A stretch of 64,000 nucleotides of DNA from an uncultured delta proteobacterium. GTDB lineage: Bacteria; Desulfobacterota; Desulfobacteria; Desulfobacterales; Desulfosalsimonadaceae. Both the position numbers and the translations under genes were made by a program. Within the stretch, counting starts at the first letter, position 1, and each line of letters starts with the position of its first letter. The notes beneath the pieces were generated by a model, which saw only the letters and a list, made by a program, of their open reading frames with translations, searched no databases and was not told the DNA's origin. The stretch spans positions 22,102-86,101 of the forward strand of contig CAWGYD010000002.1 in NCBI GenBank assembly GCA_963826785.1, written 5' to 3'. Below, piece by piece: positions 10,224 through 20,300 of the stretch.

Positions 10224-12866
10224 GTGAACCGGATGAAAATGAATCGGATGATAAAAAGCAGTCATTCCGGCCGTAAAAAATGGTTCGGCCGCAAAACGTC
10301 CAAGCCCGGCCGCCATTTCGGCTGTTATCTGCCGCCTTACACCGGGTTTTTATCCCAGCTGATATTCAAGCTCCTTTTTTCGGGAATCAAAATCCCGCCG
10401 ACGGAAACCCAGTCCATTTCGAATGCGAAAGACCGGGGCATTATCATTTTGGTGAACAAGTACAAAAGCCCGTTCGAATTTTATTTTTATCATACCCGGT
10501 TTCAGCAGGAAAACATCCCCCATCCCAGCATCGGCCTGGATTACACCCTGATGCTCTGGCAGCCGTGGCGGTTTTTCGCCATTGCCTGGACCCACATCCG
10601 GTATTTTGCCAAGCATCTGTCATTTCCCAATCCTTACAACAGCGGCTTTATATATGATAAACTGTGCGGCGGGGAAACGGGCCTGATTTCACTGGTGGAA
10701 GAAAAAGGATTTTACCGCCGGTTCGTCAAGTCAAAAACAGACCCCTTTCACTTTCTCATCGGGATGCAGAAATCCGCGGACCGGCCCATCATCTTTTTTC
10801 CTCAGCTGATGCTGTTCAGCAAGGCGCCGGAAACCACCAAACTCTCATTTATCGACATGATCTTCGGTACCGCCGAAAACCCCGGGCGTCTCCGGCGCCT
10901 GGTGGCCCTGATCAAAAGTCCCAAAAAAATCATCATCGAAACAGGCGATCCCGTTTATCTGACTGATTTTCTAAACCGCCCTGAAATCGCCACTATGGGC
11001 GCGGCCAACCAGGCGGTCGCCCTCCGGCGATTTCTGCTGCTCCAATTGAACCGGCACCGTCAGACCATCACCGGACCGCGGCTCAAATCCCGTCTGGAAA
11101 TCATGGAGGAACTGCTCACCAATCAAAAAGTCCAGAAAACAATCGTCGATTACGGCGAAAGCGAGCACGTCTCCATACACCAGGCCCACAAACGCGCCGT
11201 TCAGCATCTGGATGAAATCGCGTCCAATTACAATTTGAAAATGATCCGGGTATTCGATGTGGTGCTCCGGTGGGTGTTCAAGCATATCTTCGAAGGGATG
11301 GTCGTCGATACCGGGGGACTGGACCGGATCAAGCGGATCTCCAAAAAAGGCCCGCTGGTCCTGGTTCCCTGCCATAAGAGCCATCTGGACTACCTGATCC
11401 TCTCTTACGTATTTTTCAACAACAACATGCCCTGCCCCCTGATCGCGGCGGGCAAAAATTTATCTTTCTGGCCCCTCGGCCCCATTTTCAGGGGCGGCGG
11501 TGCTTTTTTTCTCCGCCGGACCTTCAAGGGCGATCCCCTGTATCCCAAAATATTCGCCGCCTATATCCAGAAAATCCTGGCAGAGGGTTTTAACGTCGAA
11601 TTTTTCGTCGAAGGGGGAAGAAGCCGCACCGGAAAGCTGCTGGCGCCCAAGGTGGGGCTGTTGTCCCTGCTCATCGAAGCATTTCTCGATAACAACTGGC
11701 AGGACATGTATTTTGTTCCCATTTACATCGGATATGATCGTGTGCTCGAGGAAAGCGCATACATTCATGAAATCGAGGGCGGCAAAAAAACGCCTGAAAA
11801 TTTTAAAAACGTCATCAAGGCACGAAAATTCCTGAAAAAAAAATATGGCAAGATCTACCTGAATTTTCACGAACCCTTTTCCCTTCGTGAATACCTGGAT
11901 CTGCTCGACCCGGCTTCAACGGAGACGGGAAAATCCAGGGGCATGTTCATGGAATTCGGCAGAAAGATGGTGGGCGCCATCAACCGGGTGTCTGTGGTTA
12001 CCCCCCACGGGGTGGTGGCCGCAGCCATACTCAACAGCCAGCAGAAGCGCTTCTATTACAATCAACTCATGGACCAGGTGGAAACCTACATGTCGTATCT
12101 CATGTCACAGAACGTCAATCTGGCCGACACCCTCATGATCGATCGGGCCAGCGCGTTCAACCACGTGCTCGAATCCTTTGCCCAGAACAAGCTGCTTGAA
12201 AAAGGCGCATCCGAATTTTCAAATGTGCCCGATGCCAACCCGATGTTTAAGGTCATAGAGGCCAAACGGCCGGCGCTGGATTATTACAAGAACAACGGCA
12301 TCATTCATTTCATTCCGGCCGCGTTCACGGCACTGGGCATTCTCAAGAAGGATGCGTTTCAGTTCTCGGCCACGGACCTGCATGCCAGCTACAAATTCCT
12401 GCAGGAATTTTTCGAAAACGAGTTTATCTTCGATCCGGAGCAGCCGGTGGAGATCATCGTCCGCAAAAACCTCAAATCCTTTATTGACGATGCCATTATC
12501 ATGCCCCACCCCGCCCTTCCGGACACGTATAATCTCACCTCCGCCGGATTCAGGAAACTCAACCTGTTTGCCGGTTTCCTCGCCCCCTACTTCGAGGCAT
12601 ACTGGGTGGTGCTCAATTTCATCCGGCGATATACCAAGCAGTCCATTTTCGATGTCAAGGATTACATTAAAAAAATCGAATCCATGGGCACCCGGATGTA
12701 CAAGCGAAATGAAATCCAGCGGCGCGAATCGCTGTCGAGAATCAATTACAAGAATGCCGTCACTTTCTTTACCAGCCACGGCCTGATCAATCCGGAATCC
12801 GACCGGGATAAGATCGAATTTTACAAGAAGGTCATCCAGGAGTACCGGCGCTATCTGCCCGGCTGA
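10224..12866 (+). CDS. plsB: Glycerol-3-phosphate O-acyltransferase PlsB family
   Basis: HKSHLDY (HxxxxD), GAFFLRR, FVEGGRSRTG motifs; exact start uncertain. Confidence 0.88.
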   Translation: MNRMKMNRMIKSSHSGRKKWFGRKTSKPGRHFGCYLPPYTGFLSQLIFKLLFSGIKIPPTETQSISNAKDRGIIILVNKYKSPFEFYFYHTRFQQENIPHPSIGLDYTLMLWQPWRFFAIAWTHIRYFAKHLSFPNPYNSGFIYDKLCGGETGLISLVEEKGFYRRFVKSKTDPFHFLIGMQKSADRPIIFFPQLMLFSKAPETTKLSFIDMIFGTAENPGRLRRLVALIKSPKKIIIETGDPVYLTDFLNRPEIATMGAANQAVALRRFLLLQLNRHRQTITGPRLKSRLEIMEELLTNQKVQKTIVDYGESEHVSIHQAHKRAVQHLDEIASNYNLKMIRVFDVVLRWVFKHIFEGMVVDTGGLDRIKRISKKGPLVLVPCHKSHLDYLILSYVFFNNNMPCPLIAAGKNLSFWPLGPIFRGGGAFFLRRTFKGDPLYPKIFAAYIQKILAEGFNVEFFVEGGRSRTGKLLAPKVGLLSLLIEAFLDNNWQDMYFVPIYIGYDRVLEESAYIHEIEGGKKTPENFKNVIKARKFLKKKYGKIYLNFHEPFSLREYLDLLDPASTETGKSRGMFMEFGRKMVGAINRVSVVTPHGVVAAAILNSQQKRFYYNQLMDQVETYMSYLMSQNVNLADTLMIDRASAFNHVLESFAQNKLLEKGASEFSNVPDANPMFKVIEAKRPALDYYKNNGIIHFIPAAFTALGILKKDAFQFSATDLHASYKFLQEFFENEFIFDPEQPVEIIVRKNLKSFIDDAIIMPHPALPDTYNLTSAGFRKLNLFAGFLAPYFEAYWVVLNFIRRYTKQSIFDVKDYIKKIESMGTRMYKRNEIQRRESLSRINYKNAVTFFTSHGLINPESDRDKIEFYKKVIQEYRRYLPG

Positions 12867-12931
12867 TCCGCGGTTTTGCGCCGAGCGCGTTCTTTCGAAA
12901 ACCTTTTCGTCAATTACAGCTGAATTTTTCT

Positions 12932-14656
12932 ATGAAAGCACTGATTCTGTCGGCCGGATACGGGACCCGGCTCCTGCCGCATACCCAAATCCTTCCCAAG
13001 CCGCTCTTTCCCATCAACGGCCGCCCGCTGGTGGATCGGATCATCGGACGGCTCATCGAATCGGGATGCACCGGCATTATCCTCAATATTCACCACCTGC
13101 ACCGGCAGATCGCCGAATTTGTCCGCGCCCGGTCCTATCCCGTGCCGGTTGAAACCGCCTTTGAAGCGCAAATCCTGGGAACCGGCGGCGCCATCCGCAA
13201 TGTTTCGGCCTTTTTGAAGGACCAGCCTTTTCTGGTCATCAACAGCGACATCGTCACCGACCTCGATTTTGCCGCCATTTACCGGTTTCACCTGGGACAT
13301 CCCCATCCCGCCACCCTGGTCATGCATGATTATCAGCAATTCAACAAGGTCTGGGTGGACGAGTGCCACCGCATCGCAAGCTTTCGTGAAGATCCACCGG
13401 CGGATCCGGCCGTCAAACTGGCTTTTACCGGCATACAGGTTTTAGACCCGCAGGTGATTGACTGGATCCCGGAAAACCGGTCCGTCGGCAGCATCGGTAT
13501 TTTTCAGCACATGATCGACAGCGGCTGCACCCTGGCGGCGTATATGGCCAAAAACCATTACTGGCGCGATGTGGGCACGCCGGAAAGTTATTTCGAGGCG
13601 GTGTATGAACAGACAATGCCGGCCGCCTTTCAACGGGCCTTCGGAGTGCCGCCCGAAGCGCCGGTTACCCGCGTGCTGCTTGCCGGCGACGGCTCGGACA
13701 GGAAGTGGTACCGGATCACATCTGCAGGCCGCTCCCTGATCATGGCCGACCACGGCATCACCGCAGGATCGGAAACATCCGAGATCGACGCCTTCGTAAA
13801 CATCGGAAGCCACCTGCTCAAAACCGGGGTCCCCGTGCCGGAAATTTACTTTTCCGACCGGTTCTCGGGCATCGCCTACATGGCGGATCTGGGCGATATT
13901 CACCTGCAGTCGGCTGTTTTGGCCCGCCACCGGCCGGAACAGGTGATCGATCTGTATAAACAGGTGATCGATCATCTGGCCCATATGTCCCTTGCCGGGG
14001 CAGACGGGTTCGATCCGGACTGGCCGTATCAGACCCCCCGCTATGACCGGGAGCTGATCCTGGAGCGGGAATGCCGGTACTTTGTGGAAGCCCTGCTCAA
14101 CCAATACCTGGGAATCGGCCTTTCCTATGAGGCCATGGAATCCGAGTTTGAGTGGATCGCCGCAAATCTGCTTGAAAACGCGGTTTCCGGATTCATGCAC
14201 CGGGATCTTCAATCGCGCAATATCATGGTGAAAGACGGCCGCATCGGATTCATCGATTTTCAGGGTGGGCGCCTGGGGCCGGTGCAGTACGACCTGGCCG
14301 CGCTGCTATGCGACCCTTATGTTCATCTGTCCCCTTCGATTAAGGAGCGGCTGCTGGAATATGCCTTAAGCGCATTTAAAAAGCAGGCCCGCCTGGATGC
14401 GGAAAAATTCATCAAAGGATACCGCTTCTGCGCGGTCACCCGCCTGCTCCAGGCTTTGGGTGCCTTCGGGTTCCTGGCCGGCCGGAAAAAAAAGGCGTTC
14501 TTTGCCGACTATATCCCCATCGCCCTGGAGACGCTTACGGCACAGCTTCAGCACCTGGATTCCCGTCACATCAAAAAACTTCAAAACACCGTTTCAGAAG
14601 CCCGAAAAGCAGCAAAGGTTAAAGCCCGGGCGCAAATGCCGAAACCTGCAGGCTGA
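12932..14656 (+). CDS. Fused sugar-1-P nucleotidyltransferase (MurU-like) and anomeric kinase (AmgK-like)
   Basis: N-term LSAGYGTRLLPHT..PKPL, GTGG; C-term LAGDGSDRKWYR, HRDLQSRNIM, IDFQG..GP.QYDLA. Confidence 0.85.
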   Translation: MKALILSAGYGTRLLPHTQILPKPLFPINGRPLVDRIIGRLIESGCTGIILNIHHLHRQIAEFVRARSYPVPVETAFEAQILGTGGAIRNVSAFLKDQPFLVINSDIVTDLDFAAIYRFHLGHPHPATLVMHDYQQFNKVWVDECHRIASFREDPPADPAVKLAFTGIQVLDPQVIDWIPENRSVGSIGIFQHMIDSGCTLAAYMAKNHYWRDVGTPESYFEAVYEQTMPAAFQRAFGVPPEAPVTRVLLAGDGSDRKWYRITSAGRSLIMADHGITAGSETSEIDAFVNIGSHLLKTGVPVPEIYFSDRFSGIAYMADLGDIHLQSAVLARHRPEQVIDLYKQVIDHLAHMSLAGADGFDPDWPYQTPRYDRELILERECRYFVEALLNQYLGIGLSYEAMESEFEWIAANLLENAVSGFMHRDLQSRNIMVKDGRIGFIDFQGGRLGPVQYDLAALLCDPYVHLSPSIKERLLEYALSAFKKQARLDAEKFIKGYRFCAVTRLLQALGAFGFLAGRKKKAFFADYIPIALETLTAQLQHLDSRHIKKLQNTVSEARKAAKVKARAQMPKPAG

Positions 14657-14739
14657 AACAAACCGGTCAATATTTGAAACCTTGTTCCTGCTGTGTTATC
14701 TTGATTTTTCAATTATCCTGATGAATTTGCGAGGTCGAT

Positions 14740-15579
14740 ATGCAACCAGTCAATGTCATGATCAATGGGATTCCCGGAAAAGTAGCCATCAATATCGCCG
14801 AACACGTGCTGAGCGACAGCCGATTTAAGCTGATCCCCTGGTCGTTGACCGGGCCGGATATCGGGGAGAACTCCTGTATGGTAAAAGACGTATCCGTGCG
14901 CCTGGTAACACCGGCGGACCGGTCCGCTGAAATTAAAAAGATCCTTTCCGCGCATGGCTCTTTTATCACCATTGATTTCACCCTGCCGGCAGCCGTAAAC
15001 GATAATGCGCGCTTTTACTGTAAAAACGATCTTCCCTTTGTCATGGGAACCACCGGCGGGGATCGGGCCGCCCTTGAAGAGACGGTCCGCGCCTCATCCA
15101 TCTCGGCCGTGATCGCGCCCAACATGGTCAAGCAGATCGTGGGATTCCAGGCCATGATGGAATACGCCGCCGAAAATTTTCCGGGACTGTTCGCCGGCTA
15201 TCACTTGAATATTACGGAAAGCCACCAGCAGACCAAGGTGGATACCAGCGGCACGGCCAAAGCCATGGTAACCTATTTCAATGCACTGGGAGTGCCTTTT
15301 AAAAACGACGATATCGTCCAGATCCGGGACCCGGAAATACAGAAAAACCAGATGGGCATACCGGAAGCCTATTTGACGGGACACGGGTGGCACACCTACA
15401 GCCTGACCTCGCCGGACGATACCGTAAAATTCAGCTTCACCCATAACATCAACGGACGGGACATCTATGCCGGGGGGACCCTGGATGCGGTCATGTTTCT
15501 TTGCCGCAAAATGGAGGCCGGAAGCAAAGGCCGTGTCTTTACCATGATCGATGTCCTTAAAGGAAACCAATCCTCATGA
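14740..15579 (+). CDS. dapB: 4-hydroxy-tetrahydrodipicolinate reductase
   Basis: INGIPGKV, IDFT, MGTTGG, APNM, ESHQQTKVDTSGTA. Confidence 0.92.
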   Translation: MQPVNVMINGIPGKVAINIAEHVLSDSRFKLIPWSLTGPDIGENSCMVKDVSVRLVTPADRSAEIKKILSAHGSFITIDFTLPAAVNDNARFYCKNDLPFVMGTTGGDRAALEETVRASSISAVIAPNMVKQIVGFQAMMEYAAENFPGLFAGYHLNITESHQQTKVDTSGTAKAMVTYFNALGVPFKNDDIVQIRDPEIQKNQMGIPEAYLTGHGWHTYSLTSPDDTVKFSFTHNINGRDIYAGGTLDAVMFLCRKMEAGSKGRVFTMIDVLKGNQSS

Positions 15580-17351
15580 AAAAATTCGCCCTCATCCTTT
15601 GCCTGCTGATCGGTTTGCCTTCAGGGGCATCCCTCTGGGCCGCAGGCGGCAAGACTTTTCCGGGGCCGGACTGGAAGGACCGGATCGACCCCATCGCCTC
15701 CCCCGATGCCATTGTCGGGGGTGAAGTCTCTGTTTTCGGCGGACAATATCCCAAGAGCCTCAACTACTACCTGGACAACAACGTCCTTTCCGCGGAAGTG
15801 TTTGGCTCCATGTTCGAAACACTCCTGTCCATGAACCCCATCACCCTGGATTACGAGCCGGGGCTGGCGGATTCCTGGACCATTTCGGAAGACAAAAAAA
15901 CCTTCACCTTCCACATCGATAAAACCGCCCGCTGGAGCGACGGCCAGCCGGTGACGGCAAAGGACGTGAGATGGACCTATGATGCCATCATGGATCCCAA
16001 GAACCTCACCGGCCCCAACAAGATCGCCATGGAGCGCTTTGAACCGCCGGTGGTGGTGGATGATCAGACCATCCGGTTTACCGCCAAAGAAATCCACTGG
16101 AAAAACCTTCAGGCGGCCGGCGGCTTCCAGATCATGCCGGAGCATGCCTACAAAAAACTGGATTTCAACACCATCAATTTCGAATTTCCGGTGGTTTCCG
16201 GCCCCTACCGCCTCGGCCCCATCAACGAGGGCACGTCGCTGCAGCTCAAGCGCCGGGATGACTGGTGGATGATCCATGCCAAACGGAATCAGTACAAGGG
16301 CAATTTCGGAACCCTCACCTACATGTTCTTCGCCGAGCGGACCAACGCCTTCGAGGCCTTCAAAAAGGGGCTTATCGACATATTCCCGGTGTACACTTCG
16401 CGCATCTGGATCAATGAGACCAACGGCGAACCCTTTTTCAAAAACCACATCATCAAGCAAAAGATCAAGAACCACAACCCGGTGGGGTTCCAGGGATTTG
16501 CCATGAACATGCGCAAGCCTCCATTTGACGATATCCGGGTCCGAAAGGCCATGGCTTATCTGCTCAACCGCCGGGAAATGAACCAGACCCTGATGTACAA
16601 CCAGTATTTCCTGCACCGGTCCTATTTCGAGGACCTCTATTCAAAAGACCACCCCTGCCCCAACCCGGTCATCGAAATGGACAAGAAAAAGGCGCGGGAA
16701 CTGCTGGCCGAAGCGGGCTGGAAAGTCAATCCCCAGACCGGCTACCTGGAAAAGAACGGCCAGCGGTTTTCTTTCAACTTCCTCTCCCGGGATGCCTCCT
16801 CGGACAAATTTCTGGCCATTTATGCCGAGGATTTAAAGGATGTGGGCATCGAGATGAACATCGACAAGAAGGACTGGGCCGCCTGGGCCCGGGACATGGA
16901 GGAGTACAATTACCAGATGACCTGGGCGGCCTGGAGTTCGGGCGTGTTTAAAGACCCGGAAAGCATGTGGCTGTCCACTGAAGCGGACCGGAAGGGCGGA
17001 AACAACATCACCGGGTTTAAGAACAAGACCGTGGATGCACTCATCGAGAAGCAGCGGACCCTCTTCGATATCAATGAACGAAATCAGATTTACCGGCAAA
17101 TCGACCAGATTCTTTATAACGATTTTCCCTATGTCCTGCTGTGGAACATCGATTACACGCGGCTGTTGTACTGGAACAAATTCGGCACCCCGCCCACGGT
17201 GCTCTCCAAGTACGGCGATGAGAGCAGCGCCCTGTCCTACTGGTGGGTGGACCCGGATTCACAGGCGGCGCTGACCGATGCCGTCCGCATGAATGCCATG
17301 CTGCCCCCCAAGCCGCCCACCGTCTCTTTTGACGAGGCCTTCGGCAAATAA
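15576..17351 (+). CDS. ABC transporter substrate-binding protein, family 5 (YejA-like)
   Basis: Signal peptide; PGLADSW, ARWSDGQPVTAKDV, SGPY, FDDIRVRKAM. Confidence 0.9.
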   Translation: MKKFALILCLLIGLPSGASLWAAGGKTFPGPDWKDRIDPIASPDAIVGGEVSVFGGQYPKSLNYYLDNNVLSAEVFGSMFETLLSMNPITLDYEPGLADSWTISEDKKTFTFHIDKTARWSDGQPVTAKDVRWTYDAIMDPKNLTGPNKIAMERFEPPVVVDDQTIRFTAKEIHWKNLQAAGGFQIMPEHAYKKLDFNTINFEFPVVSGPYRLGPINEGTSLQLKRRDDWWMIHAKRNQYKGNFGTLTYMFFAERTNAFEAFKKGLIDIFPVYTSRIWINETNGEPFFKNHIIKQKIKNHNPVGFQGFAMNMRKPPFDDIRVRKAMAYLLNRREMNQTLMYNQYFLHRSYFEDLYSKDHPCPNPVIEMDKKKARELLAEAGWKVNPQTGYLEKNGQRFSFNFLSRDASSDKFLAIYAEDLKDVGIEMNIDKKDWAAWARDMEEYNYQMTWAAWSSGVFKDPESMWLSTEADRKGGNNITGFKNKTVDALIEKQRTLFDINERNQIYRQIDQILYNDFPYVLLWNIDYTRLLYWNKFGTPPTVLSKYGDESSALSYWWVDPDSQAALTDAVRMNAMLPPKPPTVSFDEAFGK

Positions 17352-17352
17352 T

Positions 17353-17389
17353 AAAAAAAGCCGGGTCGTAAACGGCCCGGCTTTTTTTA
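17353..17389 (+). terminator. Rho-independent terminator (bidirectional)
   Basis: aaaaaaagccgggtcg-taaa-cggcccggcttttttt. Confidence 0.85.
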
Positions 17390-17453
17390 TGTGTGGCATT
17401 GATGCTTCATTAAGCGATTTACGGATAGAAAGAAATGCCCTTTTTCCGATAAG

Positions 17454-17633
17454 CGCGGCACCCCCCAAGCCCCCCTCAAGGGGGGATTAAGAAGTATCCT
17501 CTCTTCATGTGGTTTATTCCCCGATTGAGAGGTGGTCTTTACCCGCACAAGACACCGGGAGAAATGATAAATGGCCAAATAAAAACCCCAAAACGAAAAT
17601 TCCCCCCTTGAGGGGGGCTTGGGGGGTGTCGCG
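17454..17633. repeat. 33-bp inverted repeat pair (REP/MITE-like)
   Basis: 17454-17486 cgcggcaccccccaagcccccctcaagggggga and its reverse complement at 17601-17633 (1 mismatch); each arm has an internal CCCCCC-tcaa-GGGGGG hairpin. Confidence 0.8.
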
Positions 17634-17665
17634 GACAGAAAAAACGCCAGACCCATTACGCCCCG

Positions 17666-20287
17666 TCAGATCAAATCGAACACCTTCTCCAGGGCCTTGT
17701 CGAGATTTTCCGGCTTTGATCCGCCGGCCTGGGCCATGTCCGGCCGGCCGCCGCCGCCGCCGCCCACTTCGGCCGCCACCGACTTGATGATCTTGCCGGC
17801 ATGGTATTTCTCCAGCAGGTCTTTGGTCACAATGACGATCAGCATCACCTTGTCGCCGGCTGCCGCCCCCAGGACTACGATCCCGGAGCCGATTTTATCC
17901 TTGAACCGATCGGCCAGATCCCGCAATGCAGCCGGCGAATCCGCTTCCACTTTTTTGGCAATCACCGAAATGCCGTTTACCGATCGGATCTCATCTTCCA
18001 CCCGGCCGGCCGACAAGGCGGCCATCTTGAGTTTCAGCCGGTCAAGTTCCTTCTCCAGTCCGCGCTGATGGGAAATCTGCGCCTCCACCCGTTTGCAAAC
18101 CGACTCGGGCCGGTCCTTCACCAGCGCGGCTGTTTCTTTTAGTATCCGGATCAACTGCTGGACATAAGCCAGAGCCTGCGCACCGGTGACCGCCTCGATC
18201 CGGCGCACCCCTGAGGCCACGCTCGATTCGGAAACGATCTTGAAAAGGCCGATGTCGCCGCTGCGCCCGGTATGGGTCCCCCCGCACAGTTCACGGCTGA
18301 CGCTGCCCAATTCCACCACCCGGACCCGGTCCCCGTACTTTTCCTCGAACAGAGCCATGGCGCCGCTGCCCAGGGCCTCTTCTGCGGACATCTCCGTCAC
18401 CGCCACGGGCATGTTGTCCCGGATGCGTTCATTCACGATGGTTTCGATTTGGCCGAGATCGTCTTCCGTCACCTGGGAAAAATGCGTGAAGTCAAAACGA
18501 AGGCGATCGGGGGCCACATAGGAGCCGGACTGGCGGACATGATCGCCCAGCACGGATCTCAGGGCCGCATGCAGCAGATGCGTGGCCGTGTGATTCAAGG
18601 CCGTGGCCCTGCGCTTTTGACCGTCCACAGCCAGCACGGCCGGTTCCCCCGGGCGCACCGTCCCGGAAACCACTTTCCCCTTATGTATAATCAACCCGGT
18701 GGGATCCTTTACTGTCTCTTCGATCCGGATTTCAAAACCGGTTCCGGAAATGACGCCCGCATCCCCCACCTGTCCGCCGGACTCGCCGTAAAAGGGGGTG
18801 AGCGGAGTAATCACTTCCACTTCCTGGCCTTCGGCAGCACTGTCAACACTGCGGTTTTCCGTTACGATGAGATCGATGGTCGATTCGGCGCTCAGCCGGT
18901 CATAGCCCACAAACTCGGGAAGCTTCGAAACAGAGGCGGTGTAGTTGCGGTAGGCATCGCTCATGCCCGAAAACGAAATCACGGAGCGCGACATTTCCCG
19001 CCGCTCGTCCATGGCGGCATTGAACCCCTCCATGTCCAGGGACAGGTCCTGGTCCCGCACCACATCCCGGACGATATCCACCGGAAACCCGTAGGTGTCG
19101 TAAAGTTTGAAAATCACGTCGCCGGGGATGGTGGTCTGGCTTTTTCGTTCCAGTCCGGCAATGGTTTCGTTGAGCAGCTTCAATCCGTTGTCCAGTGTTT
19201 CGGAGAACCGCACTTCTTCGTTTTTGATGACATTGGTGATAAAGGCGCTGGCATCCTGAAGTTCGGGATAGCCCGATTTCATCACCTCAAACACCGTCTG
19301 AACGGTTTCGTGCAGAAAAGGGGCGGTCAGCGAGATATTTCGGCCGTAGCGGATCGCCCGGCGCAGGATGCGCCGCAGCACGTATCCCCGGCCCTCGTTT
19401 GAAGGCAGCACCCCGTCGCCCACCAGGAACGCCGCCGCCCGGCTGTGGTCCGCAATGACCTTCATGGCGATATCCGCATCGGGATTCTCGCCCTTTTTGT
19501 GGCCGGACAGCGCCTCGATTCTGGCGATGACGGGGACAAACAGATCGGTGTCATAATTGGTGGGCACATCCTGGAGGACGGCTGCAATGCGTTCCAGTCC
19601 CATACCGGTATCGATGCTGGGCCGGGGCAGCGGGTTCAAATTACCGGCCTCGTCCCGGTTGTACTGCATGAACACCAGATTCCAGATTTCCAGATACCGG
19701 TCGCAGTCGCACCCCGGGGCGCAATCGGGCCGTTCGCAGCCGTACGCGGCCCCCCGGTCGATGAGGATTTCGGAACAGGGGCCGCAGGGGCCGGTATCCC
19801 CCATGGACCAGAAGTTGTCTTTCTCTCCCAGCCGGACGATCCGCTCGGCCGGCATGCCGATGTGATCCTTCCAGAGGTTGTAGGCGTCATCGTCATCCAG
19901 ATATACCGAAACCCACAGTTCTTTAGCCGGCAGCCCGAAATGGTTGACCAGCAGATCCCAGGAGTAGGAGATGGCTTCCTTCTTGAAATAATCGCCGAAG
20001 GAAAAATTCCCCAGCATTTCGAAGAAGGTATGGTGCCGGGCGGTATAGCCCACATTCTCCAGATCGTTGTGCTTGCCCCCGGCCCGCAGGCATTTCTGGC
20101 TTGTGGCGGCCCGGGTGTATTCTCGCTTTTCCTCCCCCAGGAAAACCCGCTTGAACTGGACCATTCCCGCATTGGTAAACAAAAGGGTCGGGTCATCATG
20201 CGGGATCAGCGACGAACTCCTGGCAATCTGGTGGCCATTTTGCTTAAAATAATCGAAAAATTTCTTCCGTATCTCGTCTCCGGTCAT
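17666..20287 (-). CDS. alaS: Alanine-tRNA ligase
   Basis: DPTLLFTNAGMVQFK, RHHTFFEMLGNFSFGDYFK, NHTATHLL, ELCGGTH, GGGGGGRPDMAQAGG. Confidence 0.99.
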   Translation of the reverse strand: MTGDEIRKKFFDYFKQNGHQIARSSSLIPHDDPTLLFTNAGMVQFKRVFLGEEKREYTRAATSQKCLRAGGKHNDLENVGYTARHHTFFEMLGNFSFGDYFKKEAISYSWDLLVNHFGLPAKELWVSVYLDDDDAYNLWKDHIGMPAERIVRLGEKDNFWSMGDTGPCGPCSEILIDRGAAYGCERPDCAPGCDCDRYLEIWNLVFMQYNRDEAGNLNPLPRPSIDTGMGLERIAAVLQDVPTNYDTDLFVPVIARIEALSGHKKGENPDADIAMKVIADHSRAAAFLVGDGVLPSNEGRGYVLRRILRRAIRYGRNISLTAPFLHETVQTVFEVMKSGYPELQDASAFITNVIKNEEVRFSETLDNGLKLLNETIAGLERKSQTTIPGDVIFKLYDTYGFPVDIVRDVVRDQDLSLDMEGFNAAMDERREMSRSVISFSGMSDAYRNYTASVSKLPEFVGYDRLSAESTIDLIVTENRSVDSAAEGQEVEVITPLTPFYGESGGQVGDAGVISGTGFEIRIEETVKDPTGLIIHKGKVVSGTVRPGEPAVLAVDGQKRRATALNHTATHLLHAALRSVLGDHVRQSGSYVAPDRLRFDFTHFSQVTEDDLGQIETIVNERIRDNMPVAVTEMSAEEALGSGAMALFEEKYGDRVRVVELGSVSRELCGGTHTGRSGDIGLFKIVSESSVASGVRRIEAVTGAQALAYVQQLIRILKETAALVKDRPESVCKRVEAQISHQRGLEKELDRLKLKMAALSAGRVEDEIRSVNGISVIAKKVEADSPAALRDLADRFKDKIGSGIVVLGAAAGDKVMLIVIVTKDLLEKYHAGKIIKSVAAEVGGGGGGRPDMAQAGGSKPENLDKALEKVFDLI

Positions 20288-20300
20288 CCATCCTCCGTCC

